Shown here: in pieces, positions 63,031 through 64,000 of the stretch
Layout: every line of letters begins with the position of its first letter
How positions within the stretch are numbered: position 1 is the first letter of the stretch
Notes under the pieces: generated by a model
Database searches by the model: none
What the model saw: the letters and a program-made list of their open reading frames with translations, nothing else
Told to the model about the DNA's origin: nothing
Made by a program: the position numbers and the translations under genes
Source: a virus
Taxonomy: Duplodnaviria > Caudoviricetes
Reading direction: 5' to 3' (one strand)
Length of the DNA: 64,000 nucleotides
IMG/VR virus record: IMGVR_UViG_3300030372_002095
Coordinates: 1-64,000 of that record

Positions 63031-63701
63031 TTTTTCTCCTCTGTTTTCATAAAATTATTGTGTATAGCCTGTATATTAAAATGTATAAAACGAAATGCTT
63101 GATTAGGTCCACCTACAGAATATTGATGGGTAATATATGCAGGCATGATAATTAATGTTCCTGGATCAGGTTTCCAATGTGCCATCTGCGAAGCATAAGT
63201 AATTTGTGATATATCTTTTTCTGGTAAAGCTGATAACAAAGCAGCGGGACGTGGGTCGTGTATCACGGGCACTGGTCCATCTTTATCTCTTTTTAAATAT
63301 AAAAATCCTGATACATGATTATTAGGATGAACATGTGAATTGTGATGACCACCTCCATCTTTAGGAAATTCTTGTACCCAACATTCTGTAAATACACACG
63401 TATGATTTGATAAATCAAAACCCATACCGTCTAAAAATTCCCATGAACGTTGACCTATATGATCAATATAAATTTTTAATTCTGGATCACTAGCTATGGG
63501 ATAAGAGTGAGCTACCTCACCAAAATCCGAACCTTTTTTCTTAACTCTATCTTTGTATTCTTTTGATTCTTTAACTGCATCTAAATGTTTGTCACATTTT
63601 TTATTTATATCATCTGTCCAGTGTGAAAGATTTTCTAAGTAAACTGGAGTTTTAAAATATTCATGAAACTGCATCATACAAATGGTCTTCCTTGGTGCCA
63701 A
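63027..63701 (-). CDS. putative 2OG-Fe(II) oxygenase (second allele)
   Basis: About 30 substitutions versus 1876..2550 by my count. Confidence 0.7.
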   Translation of the reverse strand: MAPRKTICMMQFHEYFKTPVYLENLSHWTDDINKKCDKHLDAVKESKEYKDRVKKKGSDFGEVAHSYPIASDPELKIYIDHIGQRSWEFLDGMGFDLSNHTCVFTECWVQEFPKDGGGHHNSHVHPNNHVSGFLYLKRDKDGPVPVIHDPRPAALLSALPEKDISQITYASQMAHWKPDPGTLIIMPAYITHQYSVGGPNQAFRFIHFNIQAIHNNFMKTEEKK

Positions 63702-64000
63702 TTAACTAATGAATACCTGGTACCTGATGTAACAGGTTTTACTCTATGCCACACAAAAGAAGGAAAAACTGTAACTGTGCCTTTTATTTTTGCTTGTTGT
63801 ATTACATGTATTTCTTCTTTTTCAGGGGTATTTAAATTAATTTCAAAATCTCCACCCTCGTATTCACTACCATCCACTAAGGCAACCGTCATGGATAATT
63901 TTCTTATTTTTCCATTTTCATTTGTTCTTGTTCCACCATCAGTATGCCAATCATAATGTTGTTTTTTACTACCATCGTATTTTGTAAATTGACATTGCTC
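63674..64000 (-). CDS. 2OG-Fe(II) oxygenase, PKHD-like (second allele, partial; start lies beyond the window)
   Basis: HYDWHTD...VWHRVKPVTSGTRYSLV homologous to 2523..3125. Confidence 0.8.
   Translation of the reverse strand, partial: EQCQFTKYDGSKKQHYDWHTDGGTRTNENGKIRKLSMTVALVDGSEYEGGDFEINLNTPEKEEIHVIQQAKIKGTVTVFPSFVWHRVKPVTSGTRYSLVNWHQGRPFV

Larger units (their letters stand above)
61542..64000. repeat. diverged second copy of window start (1 to about 2900)
   Basis: First 77 nt identical to 1..77; the encoded proteins are about 87-95% identical to the first copies. Confidence 0.9.

Noticed and set aside
61542-64000. Direct terminal repeat of the phage
   Set aside because: Only 77 nt are identical and the rest is substantially diverged, unlike a true terminal repeat.
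1-64000. Prophage/integrase, tRNA, rRNA or insertion sequences
   Set aside because: No recombinase, att-like context, host genes, cloverleaf with T-loop and CCA, or transposase was recognised by eye; a tRNAscan-SE or HMM search is needed to exclude them fully.

Overview
The window is an essentially complete, circularly permuted genome (unit length about 61.5 kb) of an AT-rich, podovirus-like tailed phage. It is most consistent with marine SAR11 (Pelagibacter) phages of the HTVC023P type, but host and group are inferred from gene content and composition, not from a search. Almost all genes are on the minus strand. The modules are: tail and receptor-binding genes (four Gly-rich fibre paralogues interspersed with 2OG-Fe(II) oxygenases); a cluster of secreted/membrane proteins; a head module (major capsid, scaffold, GroES); lysis genes; portal, a 1468-aa virion protein and TerL; a GC-rich, repeat-punctuated promoter region between terL and terS; a replication module (family A polymerase with Leu762, UvrD-like helicase, primase, SSB-like protein, SNF2-like helicase); putative ejection proteins; and a tail hub. 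From 61542 the sequence re-enters the start of the window as a diverged second allele after exactly 77 identical bases, probably an assembly join of two strains. The most unusual area is 32.8-38.5 kb. It holds single-gene promoter/terminator cassettes separated by a conserved CAATGGA-ATGGAG repeat, a five-unit array with about 88-bp period directly behind a PD-(D/E)XK nuclease gene, three long structured RNA leaders, a repeated operator-like motif, an unannotated ribbon-helix-helix gene and an iteron-like cluster. No integrase, reverse transcriptase, cas gene, tRNA or rRNA was seen. All RNA folds and family assignments were made by eye without tools.
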